This document shows, in pieces, positions 17,779-25,650 of a stretch of DNA of 44,120 nucleotides. Numbering within the stretch: the first letter of the stretch is position 1; each line of letters begins with the position of its first letter. Origin of the DNA: a virus; IMG/VR virus record IMGVR_UViG_3300025706_000009. The stretch is one strand, 5' to 3'. Under the pieces are notes generated by a model that saw nothing but the letters and a program-made list of their open reading frames with translations, had not been told where the DNA came from and searched no databases. The position numbers were made by a program, and so were the translations under genes.

Positions 17779-18151
17779 GCGGTTCATCAAGCCGATGAAG
17801 GCATTCAGTAACCTCAAGAGCGCATTCGATTACCTTATCGCACTCGAGAATGCCCTTGACTACATATTCAGCGAGATCCTGACCCTGCTGAACAAGCGGT
17901 ACACCGGGACTGCCACCTGGAACCCGGGGAGCATCAACAACGGGGCTCAGTCGAGCACGGACGTAACAGTCACAGGGGCTGCAGTCGGAGATCCGGCCTT
18001 TGCAGGGTTCTCCCCGGTCACGGCCGCCGGCTGGGTCATAAGCGCCGTGGTGACGGCAGAAAACACGGTCAAGGTTACCCTGGTGAATCACACCGGGGGC
18101 GCTGTGGACCTTGCCAGCGGAACGGTGACGGCAATCGTATGGAAGGGATAG
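17768..18151 (+). CDS. Hypothetical structural protein (127 aa)
   Basis: The ATG overlaps the end of the upstream gene. The C-terminal half is a Thr/Val/Ala-rich beta-type domain. Confidence 0.55.
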   Translation: MAIKRFIKPMKAFSNLKSAFDYLIALENALDYIFSEILTLLNKRYTGTATWNPGSINNGAQSSTDVTVTGAAVGDPAFAGFSPVTAAGWVISAVVTAENTVKVTLVNHTGGAVDLASGTVTAIVWKG

Positions 18152-18153
18152 AC

Positions 18154-18576
18154 ATGCAGAAGGATATATGGGAACTGACGCCTCTGAGGATCTACGATCT
18201 CAGGATCGTGCCGAGGAAGCTGCTGGAACAGGTCAAGGGCCTGGAGTGGAACATCGACAGGGTCTATGCCCTGTCGGAGAATATCTGCTCCAACCCCACG
18301 AATCTGATCTATGTGTTCTACGACAATGAGAACATCATTCACGGGGTCCTCTGGGCTCGCATCAACATCCTGGACGAAAACCTGTATGTGTCGATCCTGT
18401 CCGTAGACGAGGAGTACCAGGGCGTGAACGGGGCGCCGATAGACGCGGCCTATGCCCTGCTCAACATGGTCAGGAACGATGCGAACCTGAAGAAGATCAT
18501 CTGGAGCACGACCAGGCCGAAGGCATACGAGAAGCACGGGTTCAAGCGGTCAAAGAAAATCATAATGGAGGGCTGA
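18154..18576 (+). CDS. Possible GNAT-fold acetyltransferase-like protein (140 aa)
   Basis: ATG 18154 lies 6 nt after ggaaggg (alternative ATG at 18139). SVDEEYQGVNGAPIDAAYALL...PKAYEKHGFKRS resembles GNAT motifs A/B. By-eye call only. Confidence 0.35.
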   Translation: MQKDIWELTPLRIYDLRIVPRKLLEQVKGLEWNIDRVYALSENICSNPTNLIYVFYDNENIIHGVLWARINILDENLYVSILSVDEEYQGVNGAPIDAAYALLNMVRNDANLKKIIWSTTRPKAYEKHGFKRSKKIIMEG

Positions 18577-18579
18577 GAC

Positions 18580-19656
18580 ATGGGAGACTTTCTATTCGGA
18601 TCACCGCCTGACGTCGATATGAAGAACACCCTGACGCCGGAACAGCAGAAGGTGCTGGCGTCGCTCAATACGTCCCTCCTGAATGTGCTGTTCAACCCTG
18701 GAGGTGGCGCAGGAACAGGTGGTGCCGTGACGCCAACGACCGGAGCAGCAGGGGCGGGATCGGTGACGCCGACGGCATCTGCCGGCCGAAAGATCGTGGG
18801 ATACGATCAGGACGGCAGGCCGCTCTGGAGCAACAGCACGTCGAGCGCGGCGGTAGCGGCAGGGGCGACCCCGTGGGCGCAGCCTTCGCCTCTCGCGGAC
18901 CACGGAACAACCCTGGCAGGGGCCCCGGTCTACGAAGGCGACATGACGGCAGGCCCGTCGAGCATCCAGAACAAGATCTTCAGCCAGATCCCGGGGCTCC
19001 TGGGCGGCATCGGAGGCGACAAGACCGTGAACAGCGCCCTTGACTCGTTCCTGAACAAGTACAAGGGAGGGTACAGCGCAAAGTCCTTTGACCCGACGAG
19101 CACCCTGAAGATGTTTCAGGAGTCAATTTTTGATCCTGCCATGAAGGGATACAAGGAGGAAACCCTGCCCCAGATCGCGGAGCTGTTCGCCGGGAGAGGC
19201 TCGTTCGACAGCGGCGGGACCCTGCACACCATGACCGAATCGGCAGAGGACCTCATGGGCTCACTCATGGGCACCAAGGCGTCCATGCTGGACAGCGCAA
19301 AGAACGCCTGGGACAACATGGAGATGAACAAGTTCCTTGGTATCAACAGCATGATCCCCGGTGTGGCCGGCGCGAAGACCAGCAACGTGACGGCAGGGCT
19401 CGCGGGACTCCCCTACGCCATGGCGGCAGGCGACACCCAGCAGGAACTCGATCAGTTGGATATCAACGAACTGATGTCCAAATGGACCCAGGGGCAGCCG
19501 TACAACAACCCGTACCTGAACATTCTGCAGATGGCGCTCGGGACTCCGGCCATCACGCCTGTGGTGAATGGTGGAAGCACGGGATTCCTGGATGCTCTTG
19601 CCCCTGGCATAGGCATGGCCGGCGGGGCAAAGCTCATGTCAATGCTCGCATCATAG
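18580..19656 (+). CDS. Putative internal virion/ejection protein (358 aa)
   Basis: Gly/Ala/Thr-rich N-terminus, Met/Gly-rich C-terminus. It is the first of three consecutive genes ending in the giant protein. The call is positional (gp14/15/16-like arrangement). Confidence 0.45.
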   Translation: MGDFLFGSPPDVDMKNTLTPEQQKVLASLNTSLLNVLFNPGGGAGTGGAVTPTTGAAGAGSVTPTASAGRKIVGYDQDGRPLWSNSTSSAAVAAGATPWAQPSPLADHGTTLAGAPVYEGDMTAGPSSIQNKIFSQIPGLLGGIGGDKTVNSALDSFLNKYKGGYSAKSFDPTSTLKMFQESIFDPAMKGYKEETLPQIAELFAGRGSFDSGGTLHTMTESAEDLMGSLMGTKASMLDSAKNAWDNMEMNKFLGINSMIPGVAGAKTSNVTAGLAGLPYAMAAGDTQQELDQLDINELMSKWTQGQPYNNPYLNILQMALGTPAITPVVNGGSTGFLDALAPGIGMAGGAKLMSMLAS

Positions 19657-19666
19657 GAGGTGACGC

Positions 19667-20737
19667 ATGGCGAACGGCGCAATATATGTTCCACAATGGG
19701 ACCCCTGGCAGGGACTCAGGCAGGGCATCCTGCAGCTCGCCATGGGATACAGCAGGGGCCTCGAGAAACAGGACATGACCAGCCAGATAGCTGAGCTCAT
19801 GGCGAATCTTCCCGGGACGAGAGAGAAGCAGACGCTCTTCCCCATGGCCATGAACCAGACAGGAGGGACGCCGGCACCAGGCGAGGGCATTTCACCGTCC
19901 GGCGGCGTTGACACCGGGACACCTGCAGCACCCGCCATCGTGGAGCAGGTCCCCGAACCCTTTGACCTGAAGAAGGTCATGGGGGGTATCACAGACCCGA
20001 ACCTGGCCATGGGTATTCTTCCGACCATGATGAACTACGATTCCGAGAGCAAGCGCATGGCCGCGGCTGAGAAGCTGGCGGCCCAGAAGGAGGCCTTCGA
20101 GCAGGCGAAGCTGGACAACGAGCCGGTGAAGATCACGGCATGGAAGAAGGCCGGGAACGAGTATCAGCCATTCACGGTGACTGTGAAAAGAAAGAACGTG
20201 CCCGAGGTCGAGGCCAGGTTCCAGGAGAAGGGCTACTATGTGGGCGAGACTCCGAAGGCGATACCGCAGGGGCCCCATAAGGTGATAAGCTACAAGGACC
20301 CCATCACTGGCCGGTTTGTTCAGAAAGATACGGTTACGGGACAGATCATGGACTATCCCGGGCAGGGCGAAGGCGAGAAGGCTCCTACTCAGAAAGAGGC
20401 AGCAAACAAGATATCGGATATCGACAAGGCCATCTTCTCGCTGGAAACAAAGGGGACTCTCGGTGACCCCATAATGGCCATGCTGGCCGCGAGCAATCCT
20501 GGTCTTGTAGATCAACTGAAGGGCGACCCGAAGGAGGCGATCAAGACCCTTGAGGCAGAGCGGGACTATTACCTGCCCTATGCCCCGAAACAGATACAGG
20601 ACAGGTACAAGCCGAAAACCGACAATGCCCCGAAGGTGCTCAGTGATCCGGCCAAGGCAAAAGCATACCTCGATGCGGCGGGAGGCGACAAGGAGAAGGC
20701 CCGGAAACTGGCCAGAAAGGATGGTTGGACATTCTGA
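19667..20737 (+). CDS. Putative internal virion/ejection protein (356 aa)
   Basis: Strong RBS tAGGAGGTGAcgc precedes the ATG. Charged, Lys/Glu/Pro-rich. The call is positional. Confidence 0.45.
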   Translation: MANGAIYVPQWDPWQGLRQGILQLAMGYSRGLEKQDMTSQIAELMANLPGTREKQTLFPMAMNQTGGTPAPGEGISPSGGVDTGTPAAPAIVEQVPEPFDLKKVMGGITDPNLAMGILPTMMNYDSESKRMAAAEKLAAQKEAFEQAKLDNEPVKITAWKKAGNEYQPFTVTVKRKNVPEVEARFQEKGYYVGETPKAIPQGPHKVISYKDPITGRFVQKDTVTGQIMDYPGQGEGEKAPTQKEAANKISDIDKAIFSLETKGTLGDPIMAMLAASNPGLVDQLKGDPKEAIKTLEAERDYYLPYAPKQIQDRYKPKTDNAPKVLSDPAKAKAYLDAAGGDKEKARKLARKDGWTF

Positions 20738-23700
20738 TGCCCGACATCTTCGACCAGGTGGCAGGCGGGACCACTTCAAAGGGTGACATCTTCGACCAGA
20801 TAGCACCCACAAAGAAGCCTTCTCCGTTCAGGGATGTTATCGAGAAGGCGTTCAATGCCCTGTACGGCATGAACCTTGGGCAGGGGGAAGAGGCGCTCTA
20901 TGGAACACCGACCGGCAGGGCTCCATCCGCACCCGGCAAGATGGGCTTCTTCGAGAAGAACGTCATTCCTGAGAGCCCTCCTGTACCGCTCAGTGAACGG
21001 GAGGCGTCCCTGCTCCCGGCTCCAAGTGGCGCGCCATCTCGGCCACAGGAATCCATCCGCAGCGGCGAGCCTACCCCTGCCATGGACACCCTGAAGGCCC
21101 ACGGCAAGAACATCCTCTCGGCGGCAGACCAGGTTCATGCCCACACCATGGACCTCATGGCCGGGCTCGGGAAGATCATCGAAGAGGCCGTGCCCGGATA
21201 CTCGGGGACATGGCTCAAGCAGAAATACCAGGAGCTTGCCCGGAAGGACCGGGAGCTGGCCGAGGAATTCAAGACCGACCCGCAGGGCGCAGCAGACAAG
21301 CTGACGAAAACGGTCCTCCAGGGCGTCGTGAGCCTTGGTGATCCGACCCTTCCGCTCATGGCGAACCCGGCAGCGTTCGGCGCTGTTTCTGCAATAGCGG
21401 CTTATGGCCAGGGCAGGCCGGTTGACCAGAGCATCATCGACGGGCTCAAGAGCGGCATCGTGGCCAAGGGGTTCGGAAAGGTCCACGGGCTCAAGCCCAC
21501 CGAGGCGGCAGGCAAGCTGGGTGCGATCGGAGCGACCGAGGCGGCAACGGGGACACCCGGAGGCCTGGAGGAGAAGGCGCTCGCCGGTCTTGAGGGCGGG
21601 GTCACGCAGGGCATCTTTGGCGGCATGGCGGCGTCCCGGCTTGGACCGAAGGGAAGGGAGGCGTACAAGACGAATGCCCCGATTGTAGGCCATGAGAAGG
21701 CCCTGGAGATTGCCAGGACCGTCGAGGCGCAGAAGTCACCGAAGGGGGATATCTTTGACAGGGTGGCAGGGGTGAGCACTGAATTACGCACTGAGAAGCC
21801 CACCATCAAATACACCGAGGGTGAGACCCCTGCCCCTTCCGGCGAGACGAAACCCGAGAAACCGAAGGTGGTTGAAAATGCCATCGAAGGTGATATAATG
21901 CCTCCTGTGACCTCCAAGCAGGGGCCGGGCGAAAAAACCACCGAAGCAACCCCTAAGCCCGAGGGTGGGGAAAAGGTATTTTACAGGGGAACCACTTCGG
22001 GAAGCACTGAGCGGATAGAATCGCCCTTCGCAAAGGATAAACTATTTGTAAGTTCTGATAAAAAACTTGCTTCAGCCTACGGTGAGAACATAGAAATCAT
22101 CACAGCGAAACCAGATGCCAAGATATTGTACGAAGGAACTCCTGAATTTAAAAAGGTATTTGGCAAAAAAGAAGTGATGGGTAATCTCAGGAAAGGCGAG
22201 CTCTACCCTGATGGGTTGCAACGCGCCGTGAATGCAGCAGAATCCGCAGGATACGACGCTGTTCATTTTTCGCAGCAGGGCAATGTCGGGACTGTTATAC
22301 TTAACGAGAAAGCCTTCAACCGAAACCAGCCTTTTGAGCAATCCCGCCCCCCGGAGAAGGGGGGCAAGACAGCCCTTTCCGACATCGGTGAATCACCGAA
22401 GGGCATACCTGCAAGAAAGACGCCCCCGATTATTACTACCGAGCAGAAGAAGCGGCAGGCCAAGGCGAAGGCGGTCAAGGAGCAGCAGCTCAAGGTAGAG
22501 AGCGCCGAGGACGCAAAGAAGGCCGTCCATTCCATGATCAGGGAGCGCCGGTATCGCCTGAACCTTGCGACCTACGAATCGAACCTGTTTATCAATGAGA
22601 TCGAGCGATCCACCTCACGGGAACAGCGCGAAGTCATCCCGTTCATCATCGAGAATACCGACGTTCCAAAGGGCCTGAACCGCCCGGACCTGGAGAAGAT
22701 CCACGCAGCGGAGAAGGCGAACCTTGCTCCGATAGCCCGACAGGTGAAGGACCACTTCGACAAGGGCTGGCAGAAGATGAAGGAGAGCACCCCGGATATG
22801 TCCGCGGAGCAGATCGAGGACTATGTTACCCATATCTGGGACATCCCCAAGGGAAAGAAGCGTGAGGTGACAAGCTGGTTCACCACGCAGAACCGATTCC
22901 TGAAAAAGAGGTTCATCGAAACGATCAATGAAGGCGTGGAGAAGTTCGGGCTTCAGCCGAAGACCCTGGACATTTCCGAGATCATCCGCATCCATGACAG
23001 CGTCATGAACAGGGTCATAGAGAACAACCGTTTCGTCGAAGACCTGAAGAAGCTCAGGAAGGACGGCGTACCCCTTATCGAGAGGGCAGACAAGGCTCCG
23101 CAGGATTGGGCCTACTTCGACCATCCAGCACTGAGAAGGGGCCTGATCATCCCCGGTGAGGCCAAGATGGGGGAGAAGGTTTCACCCGAGCTTGCCGACA
23201 TCTTGGCAGAGATGGGCGTCGCCATCGGCAGGAGAATTTCCCCCGTGACGTTCGGGAAGCCGACATGGAAGGCCGGGGAGTACCGGCCCGGCGATACCCC
23301 GGAGGTCAGGTTTCAGCGGTTCATGTCGAACCGTACCATTGCCCATGAGATAGGTCATCACCTGGATGCGACCCTGGGCCTGGGCGACAAGTTCCTCAAC
23401 AAGTACAAGACCGAGCTTTACGAGGTAAACAGGAAGCGGATTGAATCGTTCGCGGGGACCGACAAGGAAGCCTATGCCAAATCGACCGAGGAGCAGATCG
23501 CGGAGTTCTTCGCCATTCTGTTCACCAACCCGGACCTCGCGAGCAAAGTAGCGCCTACCGCGACGGCTGATGCCCTTACCAGGCTGAAGGGTGATGGAAT
23601 CATGACGAAGCTGGCAGGCTTCGACTTCGAGAAGAACGCCAAGAACCTGATCGAGGAGCGACTCGACACGATGGTCAAGCTCCCGGTCAAGGTTCACCCG

Positions 23701-25314
23701 GACCTTGAGGCTCCGTTGAAGGTGATATTCGAGAGCCGGATGACGCACCCGGCAATTCAGGCGTATGAGACAATGAACGGCATCCTGAAGAAGACTGAGC
23801 TGAGTCTCTCCCTGTTCCATCATGTGGCCCTCGGGGAAACCGGGATCGGCACCATGGGTCTGCCGAAGACCCTGGGTATCTACTTCAACCCGGTCAAGAT
23901 TTTCAAGGCGATGTGGCGTGGGGAGTATGACATCTACAAGAAGGAGCCCATTGCCAGGGATGCCATAGAGCACGGCCTGCAGGTGGGAGCGACGTCCGAC
24001 ATCCCCGTGAACATGATCCAGACGAAGCTGAACGACATGGCCAGGAAGACCAGGAATGTCCTGGTTATCAACAAGGCGACGGCGTTCCTGAGAACATTCA
24101 ATGAGCAATGGGATAAGGCCCTCTGGAATTACCTGCATGATACCCTGAAGCTGCAGGGCTATGAGTCCCTGTGCGCGAAGATGGACCCCACCAAGGACAT
24201 CAAGGCACAGAAGGAGGAGATAGCTCAGTTCGTGAATGACACGTTCGGCGGCCAGAATTGGGATGTCCTCATGGTGAGCCCCAAGTCCCTTCAGCTCATG
24301 TCCTGGTTCCTGCTCTCCCCGGACTGGACCCTCTCCACGCTCCGGCAGGCCCTTGCCCCTACCGGCATCGGCACGATTCACAAGGAAGCAGGCAGCGCAC
24401 TCAGGAAAAAGATGGGCGCCCATTTCTGGATCAAGGCCGGCTTGTACTTCGGTCTGGGCATCAATATGCTCAATTACATGAACAGGAAGAGGGACGAGAA
24501 GGAACACCCGGAATACTACGAGGGCGAAGAGCGCGGCTTTTTCGACAGAACCATGGCTGGCAATGCCATCGGCCACAAGACGCACCTGTTCGCAGGAAGG
24601 TACGACGACGGCACGGAAAGATACGTCCGATGGGGCAAGCAGTTCAGGGAGCTTCCCGAAATGTTCTTCGATGATACCGGTTTCTCTCCGATCAGCGCGA
24701 CCATCAAGAAGATCGGCGGCAAGATGGCACCGGCCCTTCAGCTCGCATCATCCATCCTGACCGGCTCGTCCCTGTCCGGGTTCAGGAACGACGACATCAA
24801 CGGGAAAGAGGGCTGGGATAAGGTCTACGGGATAGCGAAGACCATCCTTAAATCACCGTTCCCGTTCAGTTCAAGGACCATGTTCGATGAGAACAAGGAA
24901 TTCCATGCAACAGACCTCGCCATGCCAAGTTCTAAGGGCATGACCCGGTATCGCTCCATGGAACTGTTCAAGGTTGCCGTGGCCAAGGGCGACGAGAGGA
25001 TGCTGAAAGAAGTCTACCAGGATACCCTGAGAAACAATCTCCCGGCATACACCTTGTTCAATGCATCCCTGGCCCAGCTCAAGGCAGAATCGACCAAGGA
25101 GTACAACGAGGGCCTGAAAAGCATAGCCGACATTCAGGAGAGGGCGAAGCAGGTAGAGACGCCCCTTGAAGCTGCACGGCTGGCAAGGATCATGAAGCGC
25201 ATGATTAAGGAGAATGCCGACCGTATGGCCGGGATGAAACTGCTCGATGCGGCGATCCTGAACCTGAGAAAGTACCAGATCCTAAATGAGGCCGAGGCGG
25301 GTAGCAAGAAGTAG
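20737..25314 (+). CDS. Giant internal-virion-type polyvalent protein with an HEXXH zincin motif and an AT-rich inserted domain (~1525 aa)
   Basis: ATG 20737 overlaps the upstream stop; the track start 20725 is a TTG. HEIGH at 23344-23358, within NRTIAHEIGHHLD. There are three KGDIFDxxA motifs. The segment at about 21964-22340 is low-GC and encodes FYRGTTSG...LFVSSDKKLASAYG. Confidence 0.7.
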   Translation: MPDIFDQVAGGTTSKGDIFDQIAPTKKPSPFRDVIEKAFNALYGMNLGQGEEALYGTPTGRAPSAPGKMGFFEKNVIPESPPVPLSEREASLLPAPSGAPSRPQESIRSGEPTPAMDTLKAHGKNILSAADQVHAHTMDLMAGLGKIIEEAVPGYSGTWLKQKYQELARKDRELAEEFKTDPQGAADKLTKTVLQGVVSLGDPTLPLMANPAAFGAVSAIAAYGQGRPVDQSIIDGLKSGIVAKGFGKVHGLKPTEAAGKLGAIGATEAATGTPGGLEEKALAGLEGGVTQGIFGGMAASRLGPKGREAYKTNAPIVGHEKALEIARTVEAQKSPKGDIFDRVAGVSTELRTEKPTIKYTEGETPAPSGETKPEKPKVVENAIEGDIMPPVTSKQGPGEKTTEATPKPEGGEKVFYRGTTSGSTERIESPFAKDKLFVSSDKKLASAYGENIEIITAKPDAKILYEGTPEFKKVFGKKEVMGNLRKGELYPDGLQRAVNAAESAGYDAVHFSQQGNVGTVILNEKAFNRNQPFEQSRPPEKGGKTALSDIGESPKGIPARKTPPIITTEQKKRQAKAKAVKEQQLKVESAEDAKKAVHSMIRERRYRLNLATYESNLFINEIERSTSREQREVIPFIIENTDVPKGLNRPDLEKIHAAEKANLAPIARQVKDHFDKGWQKMKESTPDMSAEQIEDYVTHIWDIPKGKKREVTSWFTTQNRFLKKRFIETINEGVEKFGLQPKTLDISEIIRIHDSVMNRVIENNRFVEDLKKLRKDGVPLIERADKAPQDWAYFDHPALRRGLIIPGEAKMGEKVSPELADILAEMGVAIGRRISPVTFGKPTWKAGEYRPGDTPEVRFQRFMSNRTIAHEIGHHLDATLGLGDKFLNKYKTELYEVNRKRIESFAGTDKEAYAKSTEEQIAEFFAILFTNPDLASKVAPTATADALTRLKGDGIMTKLAGFDFEKNAKNLIEERLDTMVKLPVKVHPDLEAPLKVIFESRMTHPAIQAYETMNGILKKTELSLSLFHHVALGETGIGTMGLPKTLGIYFNPVKIFKAMWRGEYDIYKKEPIARDAIEHGLQVGATSDIPVNMIQTKLNDMARKTRNVLVINKATAFLRTFNEQWDKALWNYLHDTLKLQGYESLCAKMDPTKDIKAQKEEIAQFVNDTFGGQNWDVLMVSPKSLQLMSWFLLSPDWTLSTLRQALAPTGIGTIHKEAGSALRKKMGAHFWIKAGLYFGLGINMLNYMNRKRDEKEHPEYYEGEERGFFDRTMAGNAIGHKTHLFAGRYDDGTERYVRWGKQFRELPEMFFDDTGFSPISATIKKIGGKMAPALQLASSILTGSSLSGFRNDDINGKEGWDKVYGIAKTILKSPFPFSSRTMFDENKEFHATDLAMPSSKGMTRYRSMELFKVAVAKGDERMLKEVYQDTLRNNLPAYTLFNASLAQLKAESTKEYNEGLKSIADIQERAKQVETPLEAARLARIMKRMIKENADRMAGMKLLDAAILNLRKYQILNEAEAGSKK

Positions 25315-25361
25315 CCAGATCACGACCAGTGCGACGAGGAGTTTCAGGGCGGTGCGGCCGG

Positions 25362-25505
25362 TCATGGCTTCCTCGGTGTAGCCTTATAGGCTATGAGCAG
25401 CCCGACAGCGAACACCATGAGCACGGCTATTGCGACATCAGCAATCAGCGCCGACCGCGGATAAGCCAGAACCCACTCTATCGACAGCTTCCACAGGTAC
25501 AGCAT
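25362..25505 (-). CDS. Tiny membrane protein (47 aa), last or second-to-last gene of the leftward operon
   Basis: RBS cAGGAGGaacc precedes ATG 25505. Sequence MLYLWKLSIEWVLAYPRSALIADVAIAVLMVFAVGLLIAYKATPRKP has one clear TM segment. The longer track ORF to 25664 has no RBS. Confidence 0.45.
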   Translation of the reverse strand: MLYLWKLSIEWVLAYPRSALIADVAIAVLMVFAVGLLIAYKATPRKP

Positions 25506-25650
25506 GGTTCCTCCTGTTACCACGTTAGGGCTGCATTTGCAAATTCGCGGATTGTTCGCCGGTTGCCCGTGGAATGGCACCTGGCCTTTGCCTGTTATGC
25601 GACAAGAACAGGCCCATTTATGGGTGATGAAACGGCTTCCGCATATTTCC

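Noticed and set aside
16156-17817. 553-aa ORF on the minus strand, with similar long antisense ORFs at 19892..20812, 20776..21693, 23182..24585, 41851..42816 and 42920..43903
   Set aside because: Each lies fully antisense to a longer, motif-bearing + strand gene in GC-rich DNA. Their translations are Arg/Pro/Gly/Val-rich with no SD or motifs. They are typical shadow ORFs of high-GC coding sequence.
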